DNA from: Leucoraja ocellata
Lineage: Eukaryota
Assembly (NCBI GenBank): GCA_036785375.1
Contig: JAWMAR010000161.1
Location: 3,348,001 to 3,412,000, forward strand
DNA length: 64,000 bases
Reading direction: 5' to 3'
This document shows, one piece after another, positions 12,353 through 25,281 of this stretch. The first letter of the stretch is position 1, and each line of letters opens with the position of its first letter. The notes under the pieces are model-generated. The model was not told the origin of the DNA, made no database searches, and saw only the letters and a program-made list of their open reading frames with translations. The translations under genes were made by a program, and so were the position numbers.

Positions 12353-13140
12353 TTGGGTCCCATGTTCACACGGGAGGGCTGATCCCCCAATGCAATATTC
12401 CACCTCACCACCAATTCCAAAATTGGTGGCCAGTGTGTGTGTGTGGGGGGGGGGGGGGGCTTTCTGGAGAGCTAGTATGGGTGTTGTGGGCTGAAGGAAC
12501 TGGTTTCCAGATGGCTAGTATGTACATTGTGGGCCAAATGGATTCTTGAGGTGGCAGCTCAGTCACTCAAGCCTGATGTGCTGGCAGCTCACTCACGGCT
12601 GGCGGGCTGACAGTTGACTCACGGCTATTCCTTGAAATTCCATTTCAAGCAGGGTGCAAGGCCACCAAATTCAAGTACAGTTTCATACTATTTCAAGCAG
12701 GGTGCAAAGCCGCCAAATTCAAATGCAGTTTCATACCATTTCATGCAGGGTGCAAGGCCACCATAAAACCACACAAAACACCACATAAACACCACACTCA
12801 CAGTTCAGTAGACATTGTGTGTTCAGTTGAAACACAGCTCAGAAAGAGTTGTGACCTTTACCTCCCCCATTTTGCAGAGACTGAGCCACACCCACACTTC
12901 TGGGTTTTATAATCCCTCCCCCCTCCCACCAGAAGGGGCATGCCCTTCATGGCGTGATTGACAGGAGAGAGATTCTCAACATTTTTAAAACACTAATAAC
13001 ACTTTTAGTTTTCATTGATGGGAAGAATCCTCTGCACCTGATGAGTAGAGGGGGGCTGGGTAAGATGGCCAAAAATCACAGCTGTAAGTGGTAGCGTTTT
13101 AGCTAAAATCAATATACAGTGCAAACAGGAAGTTGTCAAG
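12353..13140. mobile_element. Non-coding interspersed repeat with internal ~40 bp tandem units (possibly a non-autonomous Helitron-like element)
   Basis: Three units of ATTTCAAGCAGGGTGCAAGGCCACCAAATTCAAGTACAGTTTCATAC at ~12641-12765 and a duplicated CTGGC..GCT.AC segment. The left end is lost in the gap, so the class is tentative. Confidence 0.5.
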
Positions 13141-14059
13141 TAACCACCACCAACAACAGCCATTTGCAGTGCTTCACTTCAAACCAACCACCACCAACAA
13201 CAGTCATTTTCTGACTGTGGCTGTGCTTTAAATTATTTTTTTCAAAACTGGAGATGTAATTCACTGTATAAATTGTGCTGTGCTTGGCTGTTGGTTCAGC
13301 ACAGAAATGCAATCACATTCTGGACCTCTGTACATATGTGTAAGTTTTGATACAGGTGGAAATGTTCGAGTACATTTTCAATTGTGCTCTGCAACTGTGC
13401 TGCACATGGAGTCCAGCAATCAGGCAGTAGGTTGACAAGACTCTGCAGTATTCAACTGGAGAAATTGCTAACAGATCCCACACAAGGTTACATTGTCTGC
13501 TAAGAATAATTTATAAGATTTATACATTTTAATTATTTCTTTAACTTTTAAAAATATTTAAAAGTCTATTTAAATGATGCTCTTTTTAATTTGTTTCCAA
13601 TACACTTTAAAATATTAATTGTTTATTCGAATTTTCATAGCTTTAATTATTTCTGAATGTTAGCTCCATTCAGAAAGAGAGGAAATCTTGACTGCTTTGG
13701 CACATGGCAAAATTGCAGGGAAGATTTTCAGAGGATATTGGAGGGCAAGGCTTATTTGGCATCCCACGTACACTGATCAAAGCCAATGCTCCATAAATCC
13801 CTCATGTCCTATTTACGAAAGCACACAGCCAACAATTTCAATAAATACAACAGATCTAAACCTGGTAAGCCTGCCGTTTAATGGCACACAGTGAGTAGGG
13901 GCAGTGGGGTTCCACTTAACAAAGTTAACAAATTCACTCGTTGCTGAATGCAGCAAGCATTCATTTTTAATCCCGTTTACTTTTGAGTTATTAATTGGTG
14001 AGAGCTGTAAATTCACAATCGTGATGGAATTTCAATGCTGAATCCATTAAATCACTTTG

Positions 14060-14386
14060 ACTCTTCGAATCACTTCCCTCTGGAAGGCGACTCCGGACTG
14101 TTAAAGCTCCCACAGCCAGACATAAAAACAGTTTTTATCCACGAGTAGTTGCTCTACTCAACAGCCAAAAATCTGTAGCCTCCCTTTGATCTGGTATTTT
14201 GTTGGTTCACATGCTTGATCAATGGTGTTTTATCATTAATGTCTTATTATTATTATTAATGTTTAGTGTTTTCTGAGTCATTTGTAACTGTCACTGTATG
14301 TCATGTTGTTACTTGTGGGCAGAGCACCAAGGCAAATTCCTTGTATGTGAATACTTGGCCAATAAACTTACTTACTTACTTACTTA
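14060..14386 (+). mobile_element. Rex1/Babar-type LINE 3' end
   Basis: LFESLPSGRRLRTVKA..RHKNSFYP C-terminal motif, then a 3'UTR, AATAAA and a (CTTA)n tail. Confidence 0.8.
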
Positions 14387-14754
14387 ACGAGTTACTGGTG
14401 CAGTAAATGTTTGGGAAGAGCAACAGCAACTCAAGCAGCAACTTATGCATTTTAAGATTTAATAACTCACAAGCTTATTCTGGAATTTGCTGTCAGATTT
14501 AATCCACTGTAAACAAAGTGCAGCGATAACCTCACTAACATTAACACAAAAGCTTAGCCAACAGATTTTACAACAGTCATTTGTGTTTATTTTATTTAAG
14601 AAAGTTATCGGTGCATGAGAGCATCGCGCATCATATATTGAAGACACATTTTAAAATGTGGCCATAATCAATCATGCCACTAAATATTCACCAAATGTTT
14701 TTCATAACCAGGTTTTTTCAGTGAGTGGTAGGGGTGTATGATTTAGTTGCTTAC

Positions 14755-15059
14755 CTGCACTCTGGCCTCGGTGAGCTCCGTGCGAAGAGCCAGCTGCTCC
14801 CTCGCATACACATCTGGGTAATGGGTTTTCTGGAACACTTTCTCCAGTTCTTCTAGCTGTAAACTGGTGAATGTTGTCCTATTTCTCCTCTTCTTGGTGC
14901 TGGAGACATTGGAGTCACTCTTGTCAACATTGTGATCCATGATAGACTTTTCCTCCAGACCTTTCAGCGGTGACACCTTCATGTTGCAGTAGTTCTCGAT
15001 GGGTCTCGGCAGGTCTGCGCAGGCCACTGTACCCATTGGCTTTGAAACGCCATAATTGG
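14755..15059 (-). CDS. ALX1: ALX1 coding exon 2 (305 bp; N-terminal part of the homeodomain)
   Basis: Pyrimidine tract plus CAG acceptor (cttgttttctttcttgcccag) and donor CAG|GTAAGC. Encodes NYGVSK...[62 protein letters not shown] and LRTEL are ALX1-type residues. Confidence 0.97.
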
Positions 15060-15754
15060 CTGGGCAAGAAAGAAAACAAGAAAACATCTCAAACAGGAAC
15101 CAATTCAAACACGTCCTTCATCAACTATGATAAAGGCTGGAAAAAAGAACTGCATAAAGAAAATAAAACCCTGCAGATGTTGAACATCTGTAATACAAAT
15201 AATAAACAACTGGTCTGCCAGCATTCGGAAATAGCAAGTCAAATTTAGACTTTCTTAAGTTTAAGAACAATGATATTTACATGAAGACCCTTACAAAAAA
15301 AGGAACCATAACAAAATTTTCCAAAAATTGGATAATTTAAATGATTTTATGGATTCATCCTCTTGCTGTGCAATTAATCCACATAGAAAACTATTTAAAA
15401 CATTTGGGTGCAGTCAGTTAAGGATGCAAAATAATATATGTTCATCTTCCATCCACTAAATTCCTGAAATAAATTTAGTGCTGGAACGCTGTATGAGGAG
15501 CAATAATTCAGTAAATAAAGAACCAATGCTATTTACAATTAACATGTATAACTTGGATGTGGCGGCAAAAATCACAATGTCAAAAATGCATTTCGCGCAA
15601 AACACGGTAACTTAATAAACAGTGTTGAGGATAGAAATAGCGGGTAAGGACCTCAGGGTAAAAAATATGCAGAACATTTGATTTTTGGAAGAAAATAAGT
15701 GAAAAAATAATAATTGCGAAATAGTTTAGAGTTAAATTGCGCTAAGGAACAGAG

Positions 15755-16250
15755 ACATAAGAGTCAAGAATGTTTTATTGTTATTTGTCCTGAAACGGAA
15801 CAATGAAATTCTTACTTGATACAACATATATTTAAACATAGTACCCTGTAAGTACCATAAACAAAACAAGAAAGTACAGTATATATATATATTTACTATA
15901 TATATATAGAACTTATTTGTTGTTAATAATGGGTTTTATAGATGTGCTGTTGCAGGTAAGAATTTCTTATGGCAAGTAAGAATATATATATAGCAGATAA
16001 ATAATTAAACAAACAATAATAGTGCAAAGTTAAAATTAACACCCACAAGTCTATGTAGTTCGGAGCCTATTTGGACTTTGTAGTGTTTAAAAGCGGGATG
16101 GTTGTAGGGTAGAAGCAGATCCTGAACCTGGACATTACACCTCAACAGCTTCTATTCCTTCTTCCCGATAGCAGGAGTGAAATAAGAATCTGGCCAGGGT
16201 GGTGTGGGTCTCTGATGATGCTAGCTGTCGTTTTGAGGCAATTACTCTTG
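15755..16250 (-). mobile_element. Rex1/Babar-type LINE 3' fragment
   Basis: Minus strand IIRDPHHPGQ..SLLLSGRRNRS motif; AATAAA followed by a (CTCTT)-type tail at the left end. Confidence 0.7.
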
Positions 16251-16269
16251 TAAATAATAGCTGGCAGGA

Positions 16270-16850
16270 CAAATTAACAAAGCAGTGAATCGGTCAAATG
16301 TGATCTTGAGCTTCATACAGAGGTTCAGAGCACTGAACCCAGCAACAAATGTAAAACAATGATTCAGGGCCAGCTAGCAATTGCCTACAATTCTGTACAC
16401 CATAGATATGATGGCCTTGGAAAGGGACGAGGACGATATTACCAAAACGGATTGAAGAAGCTAGGGTTATTTTCTGTAAAGAAGGGATTTAATTGATATT
16501 TAGAATCATAAGTGGCTTGAGGAAAAAAAAACCTGTTTCCAATGATGAAAAGTCGACAACCACCAGGCAGAGATTTAAGGTGACCGACAAGAAGAACCAG
16601 AGCCAACAGTAGAAATACATTCTTTCCACATCAGGTGTTGAGCTTTGAAGTGCATTCCCTGATGGTGGACATAGATTCAAGTAGTTTTTAAAAGAGAATC
16701 ACATAAATATGAAATGGAAAAAAGAAAATTGCAGGAATACAGGGAAAGTGTAGAGTAATGGGACTAACTATGGCACTCTTTAAAACTTTGCAGCACTCAC
16801 TGGGCTGAATGATCATGTTTTGTGCCGTGGTCCTCTGTGATTCTATTCTA
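16270..16850 (+). mobile_element. Degenerate CR1-type LINE 3' fragment
   Basis: Decayed DMMALER..LKKLGLFS..DLIDIFRII..TTRQRFKV motifs and a GGGCTGAATG..TGTGCCGT 3' tail. Confidence 0.6.
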
Positions 16851-19181
16851 ACACTACGAATGAGTGTTAATGTGAAAACATTGGTCAATTAAATATTACA
16901 GTACAGAGTTACGGGACAAATGTTTATGGTTATGGTGCTAGATAAGTATAGTTTGATTTTAATCATGTGTGGTATGATTTACTTGGATGTCACACAAAAC
17001 AAAGTTTTTCATCAGATCTCAGTAATTCATAACAATAAACCAATACCAATACCAAATGAACTACACCACTGAAGTACAAGGAAGTGCTTGTGGAAAAAGC
17101 ATAATATCTCAATAAGACTATGAAAAAGCACAATAACAGTTAACAGTAAAATCTTACAATGTCGAAAACTAAAAAATAGTAAAAAATAGAAATGGTATGT
17201 AACCTGCATCAGAGTACTAATAACCAAATCTCTGATGTAGAATTCCAACAAGAATAGTGTTTTCATGAAAAGTTACAGTACAATCTTTGCTCCCAACTTG
17301 CTGTTTGATCTATTAAATGCAGCCATGGCTAAGCCATGGGGCACAAACGCCAGCTTTCAGATCGGAAAACACTAAAATGCCCGGAAGAAACATGACACTT
17401 ATTTTCTCTTATAAAGTATATATTTTTTATATATTATAAGATCACCAGTAGCATTGTTTAAATATAAATCTTCAGAGTTTCCATGCTCTGTCACTGGAAG
17501 ATATTACCATATAGACAGAGGAATAGATTCAAGCCTCCTCGGGTGCAGACAATGCAACATTCCCGCTGACTCGTGAGATGCAGCCTGATCCCTTGAATTA
17601 CTCCAGCTCTTTGTCTTTTTTTTTGTAATCCAGAATCTGCCATTCCTTGTGTCCCTTGGAATCCCTGTCTTATGACAAAATGGAGAAGGGGCATCTGGGA
17701 TAGTACTGCGCATCACAGATCCATTCATCGAGTACTTACAAACCCCCTGCGTAACCATCTCCCAACCAACTCCTCTGTCCAATATTTCACATTGGCCCCA
17801 TCAGCCACTTTAGAACCCACTAGAACTGGAATAGAAGCAAATCATCCGAGGAACTTAGAAGATCTGAAAGATACCTATCCACATTGTAAATGTTATAGCG
17901 ACAATATATTTATTACTCTGGCTATTGGAAGTTGTAAAGAAAGGTAGAGGGAAGAATGGAAGGAATTAGAACAACTATAAGATGTCATTCTAAGTGTTCT
18001 TCTAAATAAACGTCAAATGGAGGGATCAATTAAAATAATTATCATCAAATCATATGTCATCTTGTAAGGATTGAGCACAGAATTTGTATCATAAATGTTA
18101 AAGTGCACACACACACATACACACACTATTAGGGTAAATGAACATCCGATTTTGATTTCTTATTAGACATTGTTTATACACTTACAATACAGACTCTCAC
18201 ACAGTTTAGGTGCCCACAACTAAAATAGAGAGGAATAAACTGATACATTACAATCAATCATTACCTTATACAGGAAATTAATTGTAAAATACTCAATTTT
18301 CTGAGAAAATATGCCAAATATATATGTTAAATCAGCAAATGTTATTTAATTTCTGTTGTCTCATTAAAAACAATAAAATATAATCATACTACGACATAAA
18401 CCAGAATTTTGACTGAACCATATACACAGAGTACTATCGAATTTATTTATTTGAAGCAGCTCAAGGCTGGCGCTGTTTTTAATTGAATGGCCAAAGGCAT
18501 AACTAGGACTGTCTGATATGCAACAAATAACATCTCCGGAATATTGAATTCTGATCGTGTGTGTAAGTTCTAACACCACAAGTGAAGGCATGGTCTGGTA
18601 AATGGCATCAAAATGTTTACATGCGTTTTATTTTCCATATTAAAAGGGATGTTTAGCAGAGAGAAAGATGGAAGCTACCACTTCTTATTTCTATTCCTTG
18701 CTCATTATTTGTCACCATGGTCCTTGGTAATTGATCAATGATGTTCAAGCTTTAAAATCGCTTGCATCATCATTTTCTCACACTAAAAATAATCAGTTTT
18801 CTGAAAGATCCCAGGGGCCGCTTATGTGTTTTATGAGCTGCTGAAAAAATCTTGATCTTTAATGTTCCTCAAAAGTAAACCGCAACGTATTAGCTCTGAA
18901 CCCGTTATCGCTGCCTGCTCATTGTAAATTGTAAAACCCGCAGATTAGTTGTGGCAACACAACCAATTACCTCTACGACTGGAGAAATGACTTGTTGTAG
19001 AAGACATTCGTTCCTCGCCCGGTTTCGGGGTAACGCACTTTTTTTTTTGGATTCCGTTTGTCGAAGTAGCGATTTTATTACTTGAAACTCACAAATCGCA
19101 TCCCTGCATTATTTTTTTTTCTGGACATCATTTCATTTAACTGAACTATTATGCCCGAGCACAGAACGGCAAGAATATGCA

Positions 19182-19325
19182 TTGGAAGGAACTGCATATG
19201 CTGGTTTAAACCGAAGATGGACACAAAATGCTGGAGAATGGTCTCGGCCCGAAACGTCACCAATTCTTTCTCTCCAGAGATGCTGCCTGTCCCGTTGAGT
19301 TACTCCAGCATTTGGTGTCGATCTT
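19182..19325. mobile_element. Penelope-derived short element with an internal inversion and a 15-bp target duplication
   Basis: CGGCAAGAATATGCA occurs at 19167-19181 and 19326-19340. A minus-oriented piece is followed by a plus-oriented piece of the same family. Confidence 0.85.
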
Positions 19326-22266
19326 CGGCAAGAATATGCACGTGTTTTTGCGTTTTATCTGGTCTAGGAGCAAGATATTGAAGATTAATATTTTCAACGC
19401 AAGCTTAGTAATCACAATGCGTGCTGTTATCCCGGACACAGAAACGAAAGGATAAAAGTTTCTAGTAAATTAATTATTTAGTAGGTCACTCATTGGGAGA
19501 ATGATCTTTAAGTATGCCTCGCTCTCTCCTATCTATAACCCAACTCTTCCAAAAGAAAAGATGATCCCTGCGTGAAAACTGAACACAGCCCGAACATTAG
19601 CTGAAGGAGGCATTGGCTGTTTCATTGTAATTGAGTACCGAGTTTAAATCCCCCGTCGGCTACTGAAACGCCAACTAGTAAATGATGCTCAGACTGTAAT
19701 TCACATCATTAACCAGAGTTTTTCGCATTCCACCTGAATGATATGTACGGTGTCAAGCGAGGCAGCCGAAATTTCAGCCGTGTCCCGAGTTTAGGCTAAA
19801 TTTCGTTTCGCGGCATGGACTTCGAAACGAATGACTAGTTTCCGGGGTATGTTCGCTGCCCAGTGTGATTGCACATTAGTTTTGGGGAACTAACGAGTCG
19901 CAGCCTGGTCGTCGGGAGGTACAATGAAAGGAAATCAACGACAATTGAAACCAGATCTGATTAAAATAAAGGGGTCTACAGGGTTTTGAACAGTTCACAC
20001 GCCAGTTCCATTCCGCAGTACTCTCTCAAAATGATTCTTCATCGAAAATTTTAGAAGTTGATACGAGTTCCTAACTAAATAAAGTACTTAATTTCCCAGT
20101 TGAGAATAAACATTTTTAGAATGAAACAATTTAACACAGGTTCAGAAAATGTAAACAAAAAATCGATTAAGCGATTCAGGCAATCAACTAAATGTGAACT
20201 AATCATTCAACATTTATTACATTAAATAATAACGTTAGGTTAGGAAATATTATTTAATGTTCATATCCTGAAGCCAGTCCACAGAAACTTTTCTGACTGT
20301 AACGTGTTCATCTGACATCAGGCCGTTATTCTAAACGGATTCGCGAGGCCAACCTTTCGTGGTGCACGTTCATGTCCATAGAAAACACGCTGTATATATA
20401 TATATATATTATTTTATTCATTGCATCGGCAAAATTATGATTTTTTTTGTCTGTCGTGTCAATTGCAGAAGTTGAAGAATAAAAGCAGAATTTTGAATGT
20501 CCATTTAAAATAACTCGTGGCAATTCAATGAAATTTAGCGCCGGCAGCTGCGATTTTCTGGTTGATTCAAAATCGGCTGTTTTTGTCCGTTGCGTGTATA
20601 TTTTTAAAGGTTCATCATATTCTACTGGGGGAAATGGCGATAAAGACAGCCTTGTGAACTTACACTCAGTAATGGACGTCCTTTCAATAACCGTGCATTA
20701 CAAACACATTGGCTGAGGTGAGATTCTGAACATTTCCCCCAAGACATATAAAGATAAAAGAACCATTATCAATCCAGTACCTCTATATTGACGTTAACGT
20801 TTTCATTAAAACAAAGTAACAAATAGAGTGTTAGACCTGTTTCTCCCAAATGCTCGCCGTTCTTATTTAGTAATGGTGTAGAAATATTTGAAGAATTTCA
20901 ATATTTTGACATTAAAGTTAATCAAACGCCTGGCCGGCTATTTATAATCCTGATATGCAAAGTTTAAAACAAAATAATCCTCTAAAAGTTATTTTTCAAA
21001 GAAATCTGGAGATATTTCATCACAAATAACGCGACTATTATGATTACGATGAGCGCTTTGCTGCAACAGAGTAAACCGTTTAATACAACACGCCAGAACA
21101 CTTAAATTATATCCCGGTACTAGTTTGGGCTAGGAGTCACTTACAGGCTAAACTGTTTTCATTCTTAAGACAATGAAAAACGAGGGCACTTCCATTGACA
21201 GCTTATAATAAAATAAATATATATATATTTGGCAGGATTTAAATAAAAGTTTGATTATTCCAGACAATAGATTATCATTACTAGAACACACTGTATCACT
21301 GTTTCTTGATCAACAAGCGGATGAGGGAGGTCTTCCTTCCTCTTCTGAATTGTCTGATTCAAAAGAGATATTTTTCAAATAGTTATTGTGAGGTAGAGAT
21401 GGGACTACGCTTAAAATATACAGCACAACCCCTCCCCGCCACACCCAAGGCGGATTGGCAGCAACTCATAGATTATGAGATACTCAGGTATGTAAAGCAC
21501 TATTGACGAGTTATTTACTGCTTGGATTAGAAATTGTTTAGGACTGGTTTTCAATATGTGACGGATTGGTGCGCTTCTCCCCAATAATAAAGAAAGCACC
21601 AAATCCGTAGGGTGGGGGGTTCGACCGTGAGCACTGGACAGAACCCAGATGTTGTTTACTTCAGGGATTTGTCATTTAAAAACAATACCAAGCAGCTAAT
21701 CATCTTTCAATGTAGCAAATACAATGTATCGGTGATTTGTTTTTCTCAATACCGCATTAATCGGACCACTGGAAATTAGACTGTAGAGGATTTTAGAACC
21801 AAAATATCAACTGCAGCTTGAGGTCAAGGAGATTTTATGTGTAGCTGTATTAGAGTTGTGAAAACCTTTCGCCATGTTCCGCCGACTGCACAATAGGTTA
21901 CTGAAACAAGATAAATAGTTTGTTATGGTAACATATCACCTCCACGTCGAGGAACTACCAGAATAAACAGCAATTCCTGCTTGTCATTTATGGTTAGGAG
22001 GAGACAGTTCTCGAAAGCAATAGTCATCATTCTTGAAAATGAGATTTATATATAAAAATGATGACAATTATTTGCGCAGCACCGTTTAAGACAAATTACA
22101 ATAACTATGTGCAAAGCAAGCAGACCGATGAACAACTTAAATGTACAGGGTATTTTCTGGATATTTGTTTTTGTTATTTTTGATGGCCTGTCTGTGAAAT
22201 AAACCAAAGCATACATACTGCGAATGAGTTACATTGCGGGCGATAGCGATGGCAGTTCACACCTAC

Positions 22267-22489
22267 CGTTCGCACCGTCCTCGTGAACGGTCTTTGCAAG
22301 CCTCTCATGAGGCTCGTTGCTTTCCATGTTAAGAAAAGTGTGGATCCGTTTTGAAGCATTCTTGTTGTAGAAAGTTCCCCCTTCCATGCTGTCCATAACG
22401 TGTTCCAGGGTTGCTTCTGCTCCCACGTAGTACTCGTTCCCTTTCGAGTAATGGCCAACGACGGGAAAATTCTCATTTGCAAATTCCAT
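22267..22489 (-). CDS. ALX1: ALX homeobox protein 1, coding exon 1 (an in-frame ATG two codons upstream at 22495 is an alternative start)
   Basis: Translates MEFANENFPVVGHYSKGNEYYVGAEATLEHVMDSMEGGTFYNK..., colinear with the vertebrate ALX1 N-terminus (MEFLSEKF...[24 protein letters not shown]). An in-frame TAG lies immediately before the first ATG. Donor G|GTAGGT is phase 1, matching the exon 2 acceptor. Confidence 0.92.
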
Positions 22490-22589
22490 AATCATCTAAA
22501 CCAATTTATCGGAGGTCTCGCAGAGTCTTGGGCAGATGGGATCTTTTCTCGTTGAGAATAAGTTCAGATAGAAACTGCAACGCTTAGCC

Positions 22590-22740
22590 GTCTGTAAGCT
22601 TTGGAGAAAGAGCCCTATATAGAGTAAACGCGCTGGCCGTCTGAACGCAGCCTCCTCCCAACCGAATGAATATGCAAATCTCAGAATCGTACTCTCCACC
22701 CAGAGTACACCCCTTAGCAGCAACGAAACGTGAAAGTGCC
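22590..22740 (-). promoter_or_regulatory. Putative ALX1 proximal promoter: TATA-like TATATAG (22615-22621) and POU octamer/MORE-type site (22666-22679)
   Basis: The motifs lie ~125 and ~180 bp upstream of the ATG in CpG-rich unique sequence. The TSS is inferred, not observed. Confidence 0.55.
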
Positions 22741-22929
22741 TTTGGTTGTCGGAAGGCTTCAGCCTCGAGTTTTTGTTTCTTTTTGTCCATATTGATATTG
22801 CGCCGACAGTGCTACAAATAACATGCGTTTAGTTTCCGTCAAAGACAGACTTTACACTGTTTACGTCGTATTATCCATGATATTTCATTAATTCCTTCAA
22901 CGTAGAACCTGTTGATCGTTTTAATAGAA

Positions 22930-23018
22930 GAGATACACAAAATGTAACTCAGCGTGACATGCAGCATCTCTGGATAGAAGGAATGGGTGACGATTCGAGT
23001 CGAGACCCTTCTTCAGAC
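22930..23018 (-). mobile_element. Penelope-derived short element with hammerhead-like core
   Basis: Minus strand GTCTGAAGAAGGGTCTCGACTCGAATCGTCACCCATTCCTTCTATCCAGAGATGCTGC. Confidence 0.8.
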
Positions 23019-25183
23019 ATTTTAGTATGTTTTTAAATATTGTTTTGACACTTCGCTTCTACACACGCAAACCCGACTTTGCCAAGTAAAGCTGGGTGGA
23101 ACATCACGTCTATATATTCCGATAAATCAATAGAGTGGATAACAATCTGACTACCTGAAGACATTAGGCCAGGTTGTTTAGTGTAGATCTCTGGGATAGT
23201 GCGGAAAAAATAAAGAGAGCCAGTTCATCAGCATGATTAACATGTCAGTATTCAATATAATTGAGCATTTTACTAGATAGGTTGTGTTTTTAAATTTCTT
23301 CTGCATATTAGATCGGCCAATTTGTAAATCTGACAAGATGTTTGAGGCGCATATTTCTCTGTTTTCCCCCCGAAATAGTATAGATGGGAAACACGACTTA
23401 ATGTGATTCACCAACATCCATCAAGGTAGGATGGAAACAGATTAGGGAGTGTTTGTGGGGATGGGTTTGTGCGGGTATCGTGACGGTCCGTGGACCAGTT
23501 CCTCTGGCGATAATGGGAACCTGCAGTGACTTGCAGCATATAAACACTTGGAGGTAATACTTTTTTGTTTGAGTCTCCAATTGACACATGCGCTTGCGAT
23601 CACATTCAAATTAAACGCAGCTTTAAAACACTGTGTTTGGGTCTTGACAAAATAGTTTTATACAAAGCCACATCGCTGCATACATTTCTCGAAATATTTA
23701 CGGAAGGTATTTTCAATAGTTTTTAGTACAAGCCAACATCCTTGAAAAGTAGTATCCACTCAACAACTGGCCTAACTTGCCATTGCATATGAAGGATAAT
23801 ATTGATTTTTTTTAAAAGGATTATTCATTTGGCATAACTTTCGACACGAGAACAGAAATGTTTTTTTTAAGGGTCAGGACTAATGTTTTTGATTTTTTAT
23901 CCACAATTACCCATCCCTCACTTTGGATACAATTAAAAAAAAAGATCAATAGATTTGGAAACCCCTTCCACTCCCTCATGTGTTGTTGTGCTCGTATGAA
24001 TGTTGTCTGGTACTAAGGATGACATACATCCTTTTTTGACGGTTTCATTTCTCACCTCTATATGGGCAAAGTGTGCGTGAAGGTTAACGCCACGATTGAA
24101 TTTGTAATCGTGAACTTTCAGTGGAAGATAAATATCCTTTAAATTGCGAAATTGAGTTAGCGGAAAGCGACGTCGCGTTTAATAAGGAAGTATGTGTGAT
24201 GAAAAAGCTCCTAAAATCTTCCCATCGGTAGCGTAAATAAACGCCGAACAATTTCCTCTTCGCCGAAGTTTAATTGTTTATTTGATTCAACTCCTTTCCG
24301 CCAGGATGATACTTCTGAGTATGTCACATGTTTAAACGTGGACTCAACAAGCATGGACTGCAAACATGGGATTGCATTGTGGCGGGTCAAAGGCTTAACG
24401 TTTCATATGAAACAGTGTGACAACGCACACTGAGCACGTCTGATCACGCTTCTATTGAGGATTGGACGCGAGACAGTTTAAAGCAACAAATACAATAAAA
24501 GAGGCAATACTGGAAAGCTGTAGTAGTTCGAATCGGAATTCCAACATCAGGTGCAATTTGAAATCATTCTGTTGATTCAGAGCGAACAAGACATTTACAA
24601 CCACCCGGAGGGTCCCGAACGATCACTCAGACATGTTAAACCACGCCGCTGACAACACGAATCACCTCTATATTGAAAATACAACAACCTAAGGATAGTA
24701 CAAGTGGAATATAAACCTATTTTAGAGATTTGCAAAATAATTGCAATCTTACCATGTAGTTGAGTGCCGTTTATGATCGATGCTTGATGATCTTTATTCC
24801 GCGGGCCTGTTAAACCATTTGAAATGTTCATCAATAAGTTGCAACAATACGATTGTCTACCTTCAGTCGATTTGCTGTTTGCTGTATGAGATTACATTTC
24901 CTCTCTCAACTTGGCAGACGCATGTATACGACGCTTTCTGCACACTAGTACTTTTAAACAGTATTCAATTATCGCTCGACACACCAGGACCAGCTAAACC
25001 CAGTAAACTGTATCATAAAACACGCTGACACTGCGTGCGGAGAATCCAGCAACGTCCATAATAGGAATCAACAGGAAGAAATGCAAAAAAGCCCCCAATG
25101 GCTGTTGACTGTAGTTTCCTTAGTGTAAATAAGGTATTAAACTAACGGATATTAATTGCTTGATAAACCGTAGTTTATTTATA

Positions 25184-25281
25184 GTCTGAAGAAGGGTCGC
25201 GACCCGAAACGTCACCCATTCCTTCTATCCAGAGATGTTGCCTGTCTCGCTGAGTTACTCCAGCGTTTTGTGTCTATCTTC
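25184..25281 (+). mobile_element. Penelope-derived short element (98 bp) with an intact minimal hammerhead core and an 11-bp TSD
   Basis: CTGAAGA-A-GGGTC-GC-GACCC-GAAAC-GTC at 25186-25213; GTTTATTTATA at 25173-25183 and 25282-25292. Confidence 0.85.
25186..25217 (+). ncRNA. Minimal type I hammerhead ribozyme motif (activity unproven)
   Basis: Core CUGANGA, stem II GGGUC/GACCC, GAAA, palindromic ACGU stem III, GUC cleavage triplet. Stem I has only ~2 bp in this copy. Confidence 0.55.

Noticed and set aside
12068-12549. ORFs spanning the N-run
   Set aside because: Artefacts of the assembly gap.
19941-19965. TWIST1-homeodomain 'Coordinator'-like motif CAATTGAAACCAGATC
   Set aside because: Both half-sites deviate from TAATT[A/G] and CAGATG; too weak to call.
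22174-22482. 102-aa alternative-frame ORF overlapping ALX1 exon 1
   Set aside because: It runs through the splice donor into the intron and has no known motif; expected by chance in a coding exon.
22496-22790. Upstream ORFs before the ALX1 ATG
   Set aside because: They start upstream of the TATA-like box, so probably outside the mRNA, and show no homology.
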